DNA of 64,000 nucleotides from Saprospiraceae bacterium. GTDB lineage: Bacteria > Bacteroidota > Bacteroidia > Chitinophagales > Saprospiraceae. The notes beneath the pieces are model-generated. The model did no database searches, was not told the DNA's origin, and worked only from the letters and a program-made list of their open reading frames with translations. The DNA is taken from NCBI GenBank assembly GCA_020627965.1, contig JAHDFX010000005.1, positions 219 to 64,218 of the forward strand, given 5' to 3'. Shown here in pieces: positions 1 to 9,267 of the stretch (position 1 is its first letter; each line of letters starts with the position of its first letter). The position numbers and the translations under genes were made by a program.

Positions 1-206
1 ATTTGCTGCCAGTATACTTCATTTTGGAATTTTCTGTATTGTTTTTATTTTATTGGTTTTTGGACTCATCCAACTCGTTTGGTATATGCTGGACAAGATG
101 CTGTAATTTAATTTAAATAAACGAAAAAATACCCAGAAGATACGAGGTGAGCTTCGCTGTTTTTGTTTTGCTGTATAAGGTTATTCTAGCTGCTGGATGA
201 ACGGGT

Positions 207-677
207 TTAAATCACTTCAAAATCAACGGTATAATTTTCTGGTAATTTGGGAACTAAGACCCAATTCATGCCGAAACGGAGGGATTCGCAATTGCCACAG
301 GAAGTGACACTAATGGTATAAATATACTTCATGGCTGCTTCGTCTTTTTCTACGATACGATCAAAGCTGACATCGCAGGCGCCATCGGCATATAAGCCTA
401 ATAAAGTATAGGTATTGAAATCGATTTCGGGTAGGCTGGAACCTTCACAATCCGGGCTATTAATCGGTAAAATGCCTAATGACTGGTAAGTGGCTTCGTC
501 ATTGATAATGTACTGACTTTCCAATGCACCGACATCAGAAAAACAACTTCCAAAGTTGATGTCCTGTTCGATGACGCCGGAGGAAGTATCGACCAAATCA
601 TAGCAATCTCCCTTACAGCCCATTTGAAATAGAACCAACATCATCAAAACACCTGATATGAATATATTTTTCATCAT
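207..677 (-). CDS. hypothetical Cys-rich lipoprotein
   Basis: ORF 207..713. The internal Met at 677 begins a signal peptide, MMKNIFISGVLMMLVLFQMGC, with a lipobox-like Cys. No family recognised. Confidence 0.6.
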   Translation of the reverse strand: MMKNIFISGVLMMLVLFQMGCKGDCYDLVDTSSGVIEQDINFGSCFSDVGALESQYIINDEATYQSLGILPINSPDCEGSSLPEIDFNTYTLLGLYADGACDVSFDRIVEKDEAAMKYIYTISVTSCGNCESLRFGMNWVLVPKLPENYTVDFEVI

Positions 678-826
678 TTTCTTTCTTTTAATTATTTCTA
701 GTCTTACATTCACTTCTATAGAAAAATATTATGCCAATAATAATCAATTAAACCAAAATTCATGCCTATAAATAACATTTTAAAACAATTTTTATTTTAC
801 TAATCCATACTTATGAGATACGTTAA

Positions 827-1111
827 TTGGTTTGTTTTGTTGCGGGCATAAATGGGAAAAGAGATATAAAAGAAGAGATTGCAAAAGTGGATTTAGCCTT
901 ACTAGATGGAACTTTTTTAAGGAATGGTGAGTTACCTAATCGTGATATGAGCGCAATTCCTCACCCTTTTATTGAGGAAAGTATGAGTTTATTTGCAACT
1001 TTGCCAGCAGAAGAAAAACAGAAGGTAATAGACTTTATTCTGAAACACTATTGCGGGCATTTGAAATCAATCTATTTTAATTCGCTAAAAAGCAAAGCAA
1101 AATATGGCTAA
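827..1111 (+). pseudogene. C-terminal remnant of an MBL-fold (PqqB-like) metallo-hydrolase
   Basis: LLDGTF..NGELPNRDMSAIPHPFIEESM resembles only the C-terminal third of PqqB-like MBL hydrolases. There is no room upstream for the HxHxDH domain. The start is non-ATG and the ORF overlaps the next gene. Confidence 0.4.
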
Positions 1112-1817
1112 AAAAGGACAAGGATTGGAAGTTGTTTATGAAGACAATCATTTGATTGCTGTTAATAAACCAGGCGGTTATCTGGTGCAGGGCGATGTAA
1201 CGGGCGACACGCCTTTGGTGGATTTTGTCAAGCAGTATATCAAGATTCGCTACGATAAACCAGGGGATGTTTTTCTGGGTGTCATTCACCGATTAGACAG
1301 ACCAGTGAGTGGTGTGGTTGTTTTTGCCCGAACCAGCAAAGCTTTGACTCGTATGAATAAGCTATTTCGAGATAATCAAATTCAGAAAAGCTACTGGGCA
1401 GTTACTACTGATCGTCCCGACCCAATGATGGGCAGGCTGGAACATTGGCTGACGAAGGATAAAGATCGAAATTTTACCAATGCCCGAAAAAAAGCAACAA
1501 CTTGTGCCAAAAAAGCAACTTTAGACTATCTGTTAACTGGTTCTATTGACCACCATCACCTCATTGCAGTAAGACCACATACAGGCAGACCCCACCAAAT
1601 TCGTGTTCAATTGGCAAAACTGGATACGCCTATTCGTGGAGATATTAAGTATGGTAGTGGTAAGATGAATCCTGATAATTGTATTCACCTTCATGCTTAT
1701 TCACTGGCTTTTGAACATCCTGTAAAAAAAGAACCCGTTCTTATAAAAGTAAATCCACCTAATGAGCTGGTCTGGCGCAAATTCAGAAATTTTACCGATG
1801 AATTTCCTGAATTTTAG
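1104..1817 (+). CDS. RluA-family pseudouridine synthase
   Basis: Catalytic motif HRLDRPVSGVVVFARTSKA and RPHQIRVQLA; the 237-aa length is typical of RluA-type enzymes lacking an S4 domain. Confidence 0.85.
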   Translation: MAKKGQGLEVVYEDNHLIAVNKPGGYLVQGDVTGDTPLVDFVKQYIKIRYDKPGDVFLGVIHRLDRPVSGVVVFARTSKALTRMNKLFRDNQIQKSYWAVTTDRPDPMMGRLEHWLTKDKDRNFTNARKKATTCAKKATLDYLLTGSIDHHHLIAVRPHTGRPHQIRVQLAKLDTPIRGDIKYGSGKMNPDNCIHLHAYSLAFEHPVKKEPVLIKVNPPNELVWRKFRNFTDEFPEF

Positions 1818-1845
1818 CGACTGTTATTAAGAACATAAAGCTAAT

Positions 1846-2685
1846 ATGGTGCAGAGTATATACAATATATTACACAGTTTTGCTAAATTTTACTCAGTTG
1901 TCCTCCCCCTACGCCTCCTCCGAAGGGGGACATACATACTATTCAGCTTTTTAATAACATTATCTATTGATGCTCAGACTATTCCTTATCCTGATAATTC
2001 CTCAGCGACTGAGCAGTTTATTAAATGGGGCGTTCCAGAGATCAATCAGACCTGGACAGCAGATGATTTCCGGGAAGCTTTTAAACGTTTAGATTATGTG
2101 TATCGACTGGATAAATTTGCTTTGCCCAGAAAGGACAGTGAATATTCTGGTGATTTGTTTGAACACCTGGTCGATCTGAGACATTTTAAGCCATTGAGCA
2201 ATCCAGCTATTGAATTGCAGGAACGCTTTGTATTGCTGGAAAACCTTTCTTTTATACCACAAAAAATTAGATCTTATTATGCTGAACCCCAGCTGAAGAC
2301 GGAGCGTTTTGGCCGTGAAGTGCTGGAAACTATTTTATTGGAAATTCAATTATCACAACGTACGCTTGGTTTAGTGGAGGAACTGCGGGAAAATTTGCGC
2401 AAAGCCGGTCAGACGAATAGCGAACTTACGAAAGTATACATACAGGCTAAGGAAGAATTGGCTGGCGTTTGTGCTTCTTTACTAAATATTATTCGTACAC
2501 AATACGGTAGATTTGAAGAAACCGATATTGTTTGGTTTGCAAATGAATCTGCTGATTTTATTCAACCTTTGTTGGTTAAATTGAGCGATAAAGACCAAGA
2601 TAGCCTTCTTGATGAGGTCGATTTTATGGCTAAGAAACATCCAAATGAACAAGTGCGACAGGTGATGCGTGGGCTTAAGCGGTGA
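1846..2685 (+). CDS. hypothetical secreted protein
   Basis: 279-aa ORF. The N-terminus ends in a signal-peptide-like ILFSFLITLSIDAQ. The only ATG start lies upstream of an embedded repeat copy (1900..1932). Confidence 0.55.
   Translation: MVQSIYNILHSFAKFYSVVLPLRLLRRGTYILFSFLITLSIDAQTIPYPDNSSATEQFIKWGVPEINQTWTADDFREAFKRLDYVYRLDKFALPRKDSEYSGDLFEHLVDLRHFKPLSNPAIELQERFVLLENLSFIPQKIRSYYAEPQLKTERFGREVLETILLEIQLSQRTLGLVEELRENLRKAGQTNSELTKVYIQAKEELAGVCASLLNIIRTQYGRFEETDIVWFANESADFIQPLLVKLSDKDQDSLLDEVDFMAKKHPNEQVRQVMRGLKR
1900..1932 (+). repeat. C-run/G-run palindromic repeat, copy A
   Basis: GTCCTCCCCCTACGCCTCCTCCGAAGGGGGACA. Same family as 42025..42058, 44485..44518 (reverse orientation) and the IS-split copy at 42080..42096 plus 43388..43414. 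Confidence 0.8.
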
Positions 2686-2754
2686 GGGCAAGTTGGGAAT
2701 TGGGAAGTAGATTCAAAGGTTTTCTAAGGAATACGTGGAAATAAGAATATACAA

Positions 2755-4011
2755 TTGAAAGATCTGATACATATTATTGGTGGTGGCATTATTGGGCTGT
2801 GCTCTGCTTATTATTTGCAAAAAGCGGGGTATCAGGTAACGATTATTGATAAGAGTGATTTGAGTGATGGCTGTTCACATGGTAATGCAGGGATGATCGT
2901 ACCGAGTCATTTTATTCCGCTGGCAGCTCCCGGTGTTATTGCTAAGGGTATTCGCTGGATGTTCGATGCTAAAAGTCCTTTCTATATCAAACCTCGCCTG
3001 AATCTGGAATTGATGCAGTGGCTGTGGGCATTTTATCGTTCTTGTACTAAGAAAAAAGTAGAGGAGGCGATTCCGCTCTTATTGGATTATAATTCGCTGA
3101 GTTTGTCCTTACACGAAGAACTGGCTGAGGACTTGAATGTCTTTTTTGAAAAGAAAGGTTTGCTTATGCTCTATCGCACAGAGAAAGGCGGGAAAGAAGA
3201 AGCTGAAATTGCCCGTCGGGCCAATAATATTGGTGTAGAAGCTAAGCGTTTGAATCCACAAGAATTAGAGGAATTGACAGGGACGGGCATATCGGCATTG
3301 GGAGGATATTGGTATCCTGGCGATGCTCATTTACATCCTAATGCTTTGATGGACGCATTGCGACAAGCAGTAAAAAACAATGGTGCTAAATTGCTCGGAC
3401 GCACTGTTGTTACTGGTTTTGAAGCAGGAAAAAATAAAATAGACAGCATATATATCCAAAGAAATAAGGACATAAAAAATCAAAAAATTTCAGTTAATCA
3501 GGTCGTACTGGCAGGTGGTTCTTTCTCTGCTCAACTAGCGGCTTTACTAGACATTCGTCTACTGATTCAGGATGGAAAAGGTTATTCCTTTACTTTAAAA
3601 AATAATAGTGAAACTACGGCTATACCTACCATTTTTGTAGAAGATAAAGCTACACTAACCCCAATGGGTAATCTGACCAGAATAGCAGGCACTTTGGAAA
3701 TTAGTGGGCACAATTCTACTATTCACCCAGCTCGTTTGCAAGGAATTGTGGAGGCTGTACCTCGTTATTATCCCAATATTCGACCAAATATTCCCGATGT
3801 GAAAGAGGTTTGGTATGGCTATCGCCCCTGCTCGCCCGATGGATTGCCCTATATGGGTAAATCTGAAAAATATAATAATCTGGTTATTGCTACAGGACAT
3901 GCTATGATGGGACTCAGCCTTGGGCCAGCTAGTGGGAAGATCGTTGCTGAATTGATAGAAGGGCAAGCTACTTCCCTCAACCTGGATTTGATGCGAGTGA
4001 AGAGATTTTAG
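2755..4011 (+). CDS. FAD-dependent oxidoreductase (D-amino-acid dehydrogenase/DAO family)
   Basis: N-terminal GGGIIGLCSAYYL dinucleotide-binding motif; DAO-family length and C-terminal GHAMMGLSLGPASG. TTG start. Confidence 0.8.
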   Translation: MKDLIHIIGGGIIGLCSAYYLQKAGYQVTIIDKSDLSDGCSHGNAGMIVPSHFIPLAAPGVIAKGIRWMFDAKSPFYIKPRLNLELMQWLWAFYRSCTKKKVEEAIPLLLDYNSLSLSLHEELAEDLNVFFEKKGLLMLYRTEKGGKEEAEIARRANNIGVEAKRLNPQELEELTGTGISALGGYWYPGDAHLHPNALMDALRQAVKNNGAKLLGRTVVTGFEAGKNKIDSIYIQRNKDIKNQKISVNQVVLAGGSFSAQLAALLDIRLLIQDGKGYSFTLKNNSETTAIPTIFVEDKATLTPMGNLTRIAGTLEISGHNSTIHPARLQGIVEAVPRYYPNIRPNIPDVKEVWYGYRPCSPDGLPYMGKSEKYNNLVIATGHAMMGLSLGPASGKIVAELIEGQATSLNLDLMRVKRF

Positions 4012-4077
4012 CAAAAATAGCACTAAGGACACTGAGCCAATATAACGCAGAGGACGCTTAGGAATGAGGAGAAAATA

Positions 4078-5499
4078 TTACTTATTCAGATACTTTAACA
4101 TCATTTTCAATAAAGTAGAATTATTTCCTCCATATGGAGCATAACGAATAGCTGCATCTACAAGAAATGATTTATGAAGAATTCCTTTTTGGTGTGAAAA
4201 AGTATCATAGCTGGTTTTGCCATGATAGGCACCAATTCCACTAGCCCCTACCCCACCGAAAGGTAAATTTGGGTTGGCAAAATGCATAACTGTATCGTTA
4301 ATACATACCCCGCCCGAACTGGTTTCATCCATTACTTTGTCAATATTTTTCTGGCTTTTTGAAAACATATATAAAGCCAATGGTTTTGGATTCTCATTGA
4401 CAAACTGAATAGCATCTTCCAGTCTTGTATAGCTCAGAACAGGTAATAAAGGTCCAAAAATCTCTTCTTGCATGACAGGATCATCCTTCATTACATTATC
4501 CAATAATGTAGGTTCAATGTATAGGTCTTTTTCATCGGTTCTACCTCCCGAAATAATCTCACCACTGTTTTCCATCATTGATTTCAGGCGATTGAAATGT
4601 TTTTTATTTATAATGCGTCCGTAATCAGCACTTTCCTGTGGATTTTCACCATAGAACGACTTGATCTGCTTTTTCACTTCGCCGATCAATTTGTCTTTAA
4701 CATTAGTATGCACCAACAGATAGTCAGGCGCTATACAAGTTTGTCCGACATTAATTAATTTACCAGAAACCAATCGTTTAGCAGTATATTCAATGTGAGT
4801 TTTTTCATCAACAATGCATGGGCTTTTGCCGCCCAATTCCAAGGTAACTGGTGTCAGATGTTTAGCTGCTGCCTGATAAACAATGCGTCCAACATTTGTA
4901 CTGCCTGTAAAGAAAATATAGTCAAATTTTTCATTAAGTAGCGCTTGCGATTCAGGAATACCTCCTTCTACAACAGCGACAAACTCTTCATCAAATATAT
5001 CTGTAATAAGTTCTGTTAATGCTTTTGAAGTATGAACAGCATATTCTGAAGGTTTGAGTATGACAGTATTTCCGGCAGCTATTGCTCCGACAAGTGGCGC
5101 AACAGCCAATTGAAATGGATAGTTCCAGGGGGCAATCAACAAGACCGTTCCATATGGGTCAGATTTGATATAACTATGTGCTTTGGCATGAAACAGCGGA
5201 GTAGGTACATGCTTATTTTTAGACCATTTTCTAGTATTATCAATGGCTTCTTTAATATCATTCATCACAATACCAATCTCTGTCAGATAGCCCTCTGTTT
5301 CGCATTTACGTAAGTCTTTGTACAAAGCTTCCAGTAAGGCTTTTTCTCTTTTTACGACTGCTTCTTTTAGCTTTTTCAGTTGCTGAATTCTGAATTTTAC
5401 ATCTCTCGTGGCACCTGTGGCAAAGTAAGAACGTTGTTTTTCAATGATCTTTGTAATATGAGCCGTTTTAGAGGGTGCCAATGCTGTTGTTGCTGTCAT
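4078..5499 (-). CDS. NAD(P)+-dependent aldehyde dehydrogenase (class 3-like)
   Basis: ELGGKSPCIV and FFTGSTNVGR motifs with the catalytic Cys region GQTCIAPDY; 473 aa. Confidence 0.9.
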   Translation of the reverse strand: MTATTALAPSKTAHITKIIEKQRSYFATGATRDVKFRIQQLKKLKEAVVKREKALLEALYKDLRKCETEGYLTEIGIVMNDIKEAIDNTRKWSKNKHVPTPLFHAKAHSYIKSDPYGTVLLIAPWNYPFQLAVAPLVGAIAAGNTVILKPSEYAVHTSKALTELITDIFDEEFVAVVEGGIPESQALLNEKFDYIFFTGSTNVGRIVYQAAAKHLTPVTLELGGKSPCIVDEKTHIEYTAKRLVSGKLINVGQTCIAPDYLLVHTNVKDKLIGEVKKQIKSFYGENPQESADYGRIINKKHFNRLKSMMENSGEIISGGRTDEKDLYIEPTLLDNVMKDDPVMQEEIFGPLLPVLSYTRLEDAIQFVNENPKPLALYMFSKSQKNIDKVMDETSSGGVCINDTVMHFANPNLPFGGVGASGIGAYHGKTSYDTFSHQKGILHKSFLVDAAIRYAPYGGNNSTLLKMMLKYLNK

Positions 5500-5543
5500 G
5501 ACTTAATTTTTTATTGCTGACAAAGATAAGGAATTAAATGTTT

Positions 5544-6062
5544 TTATGAATTTTCAATGATATATAAATAAGTCAAAATGTTTCTATTACGACTATTGTG
5601 AAATTCAAGGACTTTTTTCATGCCTAGTTTTTCAGCGACTTTTGCAGAAGCAAAGTGATCGTGCGGCATATTAGCCACTATGCGAGATAGTTGACGTGTA
5701 TGTAAACCATAATCTAGTATGCCTTGCGCTACTTCAAAGCCATAGCCTTGTTTCCAATACGTATGATGAATAATATAGCCCATGTCATTTTCCAATTGTT
5801 CATTGACCATAGTCTGCTTAATTCCTGCATCTCCGATAAGCTGACCAGTAGATTTAAGTCGGACAGCCAACCTGCCTAAACCAGTTTCTCGCCAGGTAGT
5901 CATGTTGTACTCCAGCCATTCTCTGGATTGCTGTAAACTATATGGCTGTGGCCAAAATTGCATGGTAGTGGCATCAGATAAAATGGAATGTAAATCATCC
6001 AACACATCTACTTGATAGGAAAACAATAATAAGCGAGGAGTTTCTATAACCGGCTTTATCAT
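5544..6062 (-). CDS. GNAT N-acetyltransferase (RimJ/RimL-like)
   Basis: IETPRLLL..W..GYG pattern of ribosomal-protein N-acetylase-type GNATs. The ATG at 6062 lies 7 nt after the upstream stop; the longer ORF start at 6104 would overlap that gene. Confidence 0.75.
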   Translation of the reverse strand: MIKPVIETPRLLLFSYQVDVLDDLHSILSDATTMQFWPQPYSLQQSREWLEYNMTTWRETGLGRLAVRLKSTGQLIGDAGIKQTMVNEQLENDMGYIIHHTYWKQGYGFEVAQGILDYGLHTRQLSRIVANMPHDHFASAKVAEKLGMKKVLEFHNSRNRNILTYLYIIENS

Positions 6063-6069
6063 TTCACTT

Positions 6070-7020
6070 TTATTCAGGAAACCCAAGATGAAATAAGGCA
6101 TCACCCAGACTTACCACAGGTGCATTATTATGTCCTACGATATAGCCATCACGACTAGCCAACACTGGTACTTGCTCTAAGCCTTGTGGGTCATTGATAT
6201 GTCCCAAAACCTCCCCTTCTTTTACTTCTTCTCCTGATTTTCGATACCATAGAAACAAGCCTGAGCGTGGAGAGCGTATCCAGGTTGTATCCGTGAAAAG
6301 TGTATAATCATGCTTCGGGATATTGACTTCGTCAATCATTCCTAAATGTGCCATTAATCGTTTTAGTCCATCCAGCCCTTCATCAATAGAATGTTGGTCA
6401 TAACGCAGCGATTCGCCTCCTTCATATACCAATATAGGTTTTCCTGCTTCTTTAGCTGTTTTACGGAAACTTTTATTGATTGCTTTATTTTTAATCAAAT
6501 AAGGTGAGGCAAATACTTTTGCCAGTTTCTCTGCTTCCTCATCGCCTATTGAAAAACGAACTTGCGGGTAATTGTAACGACTAGCTCCACCTGTATGGTA
6601 ATCGACTCCATAATCCATTAAAGGAATGATCTGGGTACTTAAGGTATGTGCAACCCTTGATGCTAATGAGCCATTTTCATTACCTGGAAAACTCCGATTA
6701 ACATCTTTTCCGTCAGCCAAATCACGAGAAAAATTAATAAAGCCGTATATGTTGACCAGAGGAATAGCAAGCACATTGCCCTTTAATAAACTTTTGAATA
6801 GTCCCGATGTAATGGCACGACGAACGATCTCTACTCCATTGACTTCATCACCATGTACACCTCCGGTAACGGCTAGGGTAGGCCCTGGTACTGCACTTCG
6901 AAACACATGTAAAGGTAGATGTATCTCTGTTCCAGAAGGTAATTTTGCAATGTCAAAGTGTACTATTGCATTCTGTCCGGGCACAATTTTGTGTCCATCA
7001 ATTTCCATAATATCGATCAT
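6070..7020 (-). CDS. succinylglutamate desuccinylase/aspartoacylase (AstE/AspA) family zinc hydrolase
   Basis: GGVHGDEVNG zinc-binding motif and NRSFPG; 316 aa. There is a 4-nt overlap with rimK. Confidence 0.8.
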   Translation of the reverse strand: MIDIMEIDGHKIVPGQNAIVHFDIAKLPSGTEIHLPLHVFRSAVPGPTLAVTGGVHGDEVNGVEIVRRAITSGLFKSLLKGNVLAIPLVNIYGFINFSRDLADGKDVNRSFPGNENGSLASRVAHTLSTQIIPLMDYGVDYHTGGASRYNYPQVRFSIGDEEAEKLAKVFASPYLIKNKAINKSFRKTAKEAGKPILVYEGGESLRYDQHSIDEGLDGLKRLMAHLGMIDEVNIPKHDYTLFTDTTWIRSPRSGLFLWYRKSGEEVKEGEVLGHINDPQGLEQVPVLASRDGYIVGHNNAPVVSLGDALFHLGFPE

Positions 7021-7907
7021 CCTCTTTGTTTTTTGACTTTACGCTCAAGATACATAATTATTTTACGCGCCACATCTACATCTGTTGTTTTCTCGATACC
7101 CTCCAGCCCAGGCGAAGCATTTACTTCAAGGACTAAGGGACCTCGATTGGATTGCAACATATCAACACCAGCTACATCTAAGCCCATAGTAGCCGCAGCT
7201 TTCAGTGCTGTTTTTCTTTCCAAATCTGTTAGTTCGATGGGTTCGGCTATTCCTCCCTGATGTAAATTGGAACGAAATTCTCCTTTTCGGGTAGCTGTTC
7301 TTCGCATAGATGCCACCACCCTTCTTCCAATCACAAAAGCCCGGATATCAGATCCAGCACTTTCTTTAATAAATTCCTGAACAATAATACGAGTACGTGT
7401 TTTGTTGAAAGCTTCTATGACAGATTTAGCCCCTCTATGGCTTTCTGCCAAAATAACTCCATAGCCCTGTGTTCCTTCCAATAACTTAATGATCAGCGGA
7501 GGTCCTCCGACCATATCTATTACTTCATCTACATTGCTTGAATAATTTGTAAATACCGTTCTGGGTGTCCTTACTCCTACTCTTGATAATAATTGAAGGC
7601 TAGTCAACTTATCGCGAGAACGCCAAAGAGCTTCTGCCGTAACAGTCGTTATGACATTCATCATTTCAAATTGATTAATTACAGCAGCACCATAGAAACT
7701 GGCTGAAGCCCCTATTCTTGGAATAATCGCATCTATTCCCTTGACTTCTCTTCCATTATAGTACAAATGAGGTTTTTTGTTCTCCATCATAATGATGCAC
7801 TTCAAATGAGGTATTCGTATAATATTGTGTTCTCTTTGAACGCCTGCTTCTAATAAACGTTTAGTAGAATAAATCGTAGATTTTTGAGAAAGAACAGCAA
7901 AATTCAT
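7017..7907 (-). CDS. rimK: ATP-grasp ribosomal protein S6--L-glutamate ligase RimK
   Basis: From the Met at 7907 the protein aligns along its length with E. coli RimK as recalled from memory (MNFAVLS..STKRLLEAG..; LLEGTQGYGV; FRSNLHQGG; EVNASPGLEGIE). Confidence 0.9.
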   Translation of the reverse strand: MNFAVLSQKSTIYSTKRLLEAGVQREHNIIRIPHLKCIIMMENKKPHLYYNGREVKGIDAIIPRIGASASFYGAAVINQFEMMNVITTVTAEALWRSRDKLTSLQLLSRVGVRTPRTVFTNYSSNVDEVIDMVGGPPLIIKLLEGTQGYGVILAESHRGAKSVIEAFNKTRTRIIVQEFIKESAGSDIRAFVIGRRVVASMRRTATRKGEFRSNLHQGGIAEPIELTDLERKTALKAAATMGLDVAGVDMLQSNRGPLVLEVNASPGLEGIEKTTDVDVARKIIMYLERKVKKQRG

Positions 7908-8941
7908 AGTCTTTACATTTATGAAGTCATATATAAATAAGCTCAAATGGTTGATAGAAAATGAGCAAATTGATAGAATTTCAGACAAGCTCCAAGCTCA
8001 TATTCTTATACAATAATAAGGTTTAGAAACCATTTAATACCCTATCAATAAAGAAAAAATTTAGATAACCGATTTCTTCCATGTGTTTTTTTGCCATATA
8101 AACATATTTATTAGTATATTTAGGACACTTACCTAGTTGACAAGAAAATAGAATACTCCTAATTCACTTATTGAAAGTTTTTTATACAAAGACTTAAAAC
8201 GCAATTGAATTAAAATTTATACAAAAAAAATCAATTTAATTGCTAAAAGTGCTTTTCTATGTCACAATTTTACACATCATTTATATTCGATAGAAATGCC
8301 ACCTATTGAACTATAAATCAATATATTAAACATAATTAAGCGTCAATAAATCACACAAAATAGGCTTGAAAATGAATTGCATATGCCAGATATTCGGGGC
8401 ATTTTTGAGTATTGTCATTACAATTAGTATACTCCTTTTCTCTACAACTAATTATTAAACCATAAACTTAGTATCATTATGTTGATTTGGATAATTGATT
8501 TATTAACGCTTTTGGGCTTATCTCAAAAAGGTTATTCTAAAAATGTAACCAGGAATTCGGTTTTTGACGACACTGAAGCATAGCATATTTTAAACAAAAA
8601 CTCTTCCTAACTACAGCAAAACCAACACAGGCACAAACGGAAAAAAACCTCACGGCAAATGATAAATGTGCCTAAGTCCCAAGGAACCAACAAAAGCAGT
8701 TTATTCAAGGTATATCCAAAAATAGAATATAAATTATACAATAATATTTAAATAAATCCTAAACAAACCACTCAATCAACTCCTCTAATATTCTACCATT
8801 CACAAGAGCCTACAGAATGTCACTAATTCACAGAACTGTATCAATTCAATTTTGATAAAATGTAGTTTAAAAAACTCTATTTCAGATAAAAACACATAAA
8901 AAGACTTCCTTTTTCCAACCAAAAGAGTATTGAAAATTGAC

Positions 8942-8972
8942 TTGCAGATAATTATCTTCTCCTGCATATTTG
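8942..8972 (+). promoter_or_regulatory. candidate Bacteroidota promoter (TTG-N20-cATATTTG)
   Basis: TTG at 8942..8944, a 20-nt spacer, and CATATTTG at 8965..8972. This has one mismatch to the -7 consensus TAnnTTTG. Confidence 0.45.
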
Positions 8973-9084
8973 CAGTGTACAATGTTTTTCTCTGCTGAGT
9001 TTCTTCTTGTATAAAGATGATGTTTCCTCCAGGGTTCAGTGTTCCTTTTTTAGCCTTTTAGGTTCACTGAACTCTATTTTTTTT
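8969..9084 (+). ncRNA. candidate small RNA / micropeptide unit, copy 1
   Basis: Direct repeat of 9264..9380. It ends in the hairpin GTTCAGTG(9034..9041)/CACTGAAC(9065..9072) followed by T8. It contains the mini-ORF 8982..9014 (MFFSAEFLLV). Confidence 0.5.
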
Positions 9085-9236
9085 GCATTTTTTAAACCCA
9101 CTCCATTTCTGCTACCACGCCAAAACTCAATTCTACATCAATTTAATGTAAAAAAAGTACAAAAAAGCCATTGTTAGTCAATCACTTGCAGTGAAATCAA
9201 TGCAAAAAAACCGCAAAAAATACACTTAAAATTAAA

Positions 9237-9267
9237 TTGTATTTCACAAATTTTCATGCCACTTTTG
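9237..9267 (+). promoter_or_regulatory. candidate Bacteroidota promoter (TTG-N20-cACTTTTG)
   Basis: Same -33/-7 geometry as copy 1, although the surrounding upstream sequence is poorly conserved. Confidence 0.45.

Noticed and set aside
1-111. Possible 3' end of a + strand gene entering the window. Frame 2 reads a TM-like ...FAASILHFGIFCIVFILLVFGLIQLVWYMLDKML ending at 106; frame 1 is also open, to 111.
   Set aside because: Two frames are open over about 100 nt and no motif distinguishes them, so this cannot be supported as a feature.
3655-4032. Antisense or overlapping ORFs inside well-supported genes. Examples: 3655..4032, 5110..5313, 6626..7036, 6958..7260, 20829..21107, 22144..22443, 30127..30486, 31471..31791, 34792..35163, 35636..35977, 42236..42451, 42331..42621, 42873..43058, 58559..58819, 58971..59258, 60997..61218.
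   Set aside because: They are shadow ORFs opposite or out of frame with genes that have strong family signatures, and none shows a motif of its own.
8800-8982. 60-aa ORF in the AT-rich desert.
   Set aside because: It has a TTG start inside the sRNA-like unit, a low-complexity AT-driven composition and no motif, so it is likely spurious.
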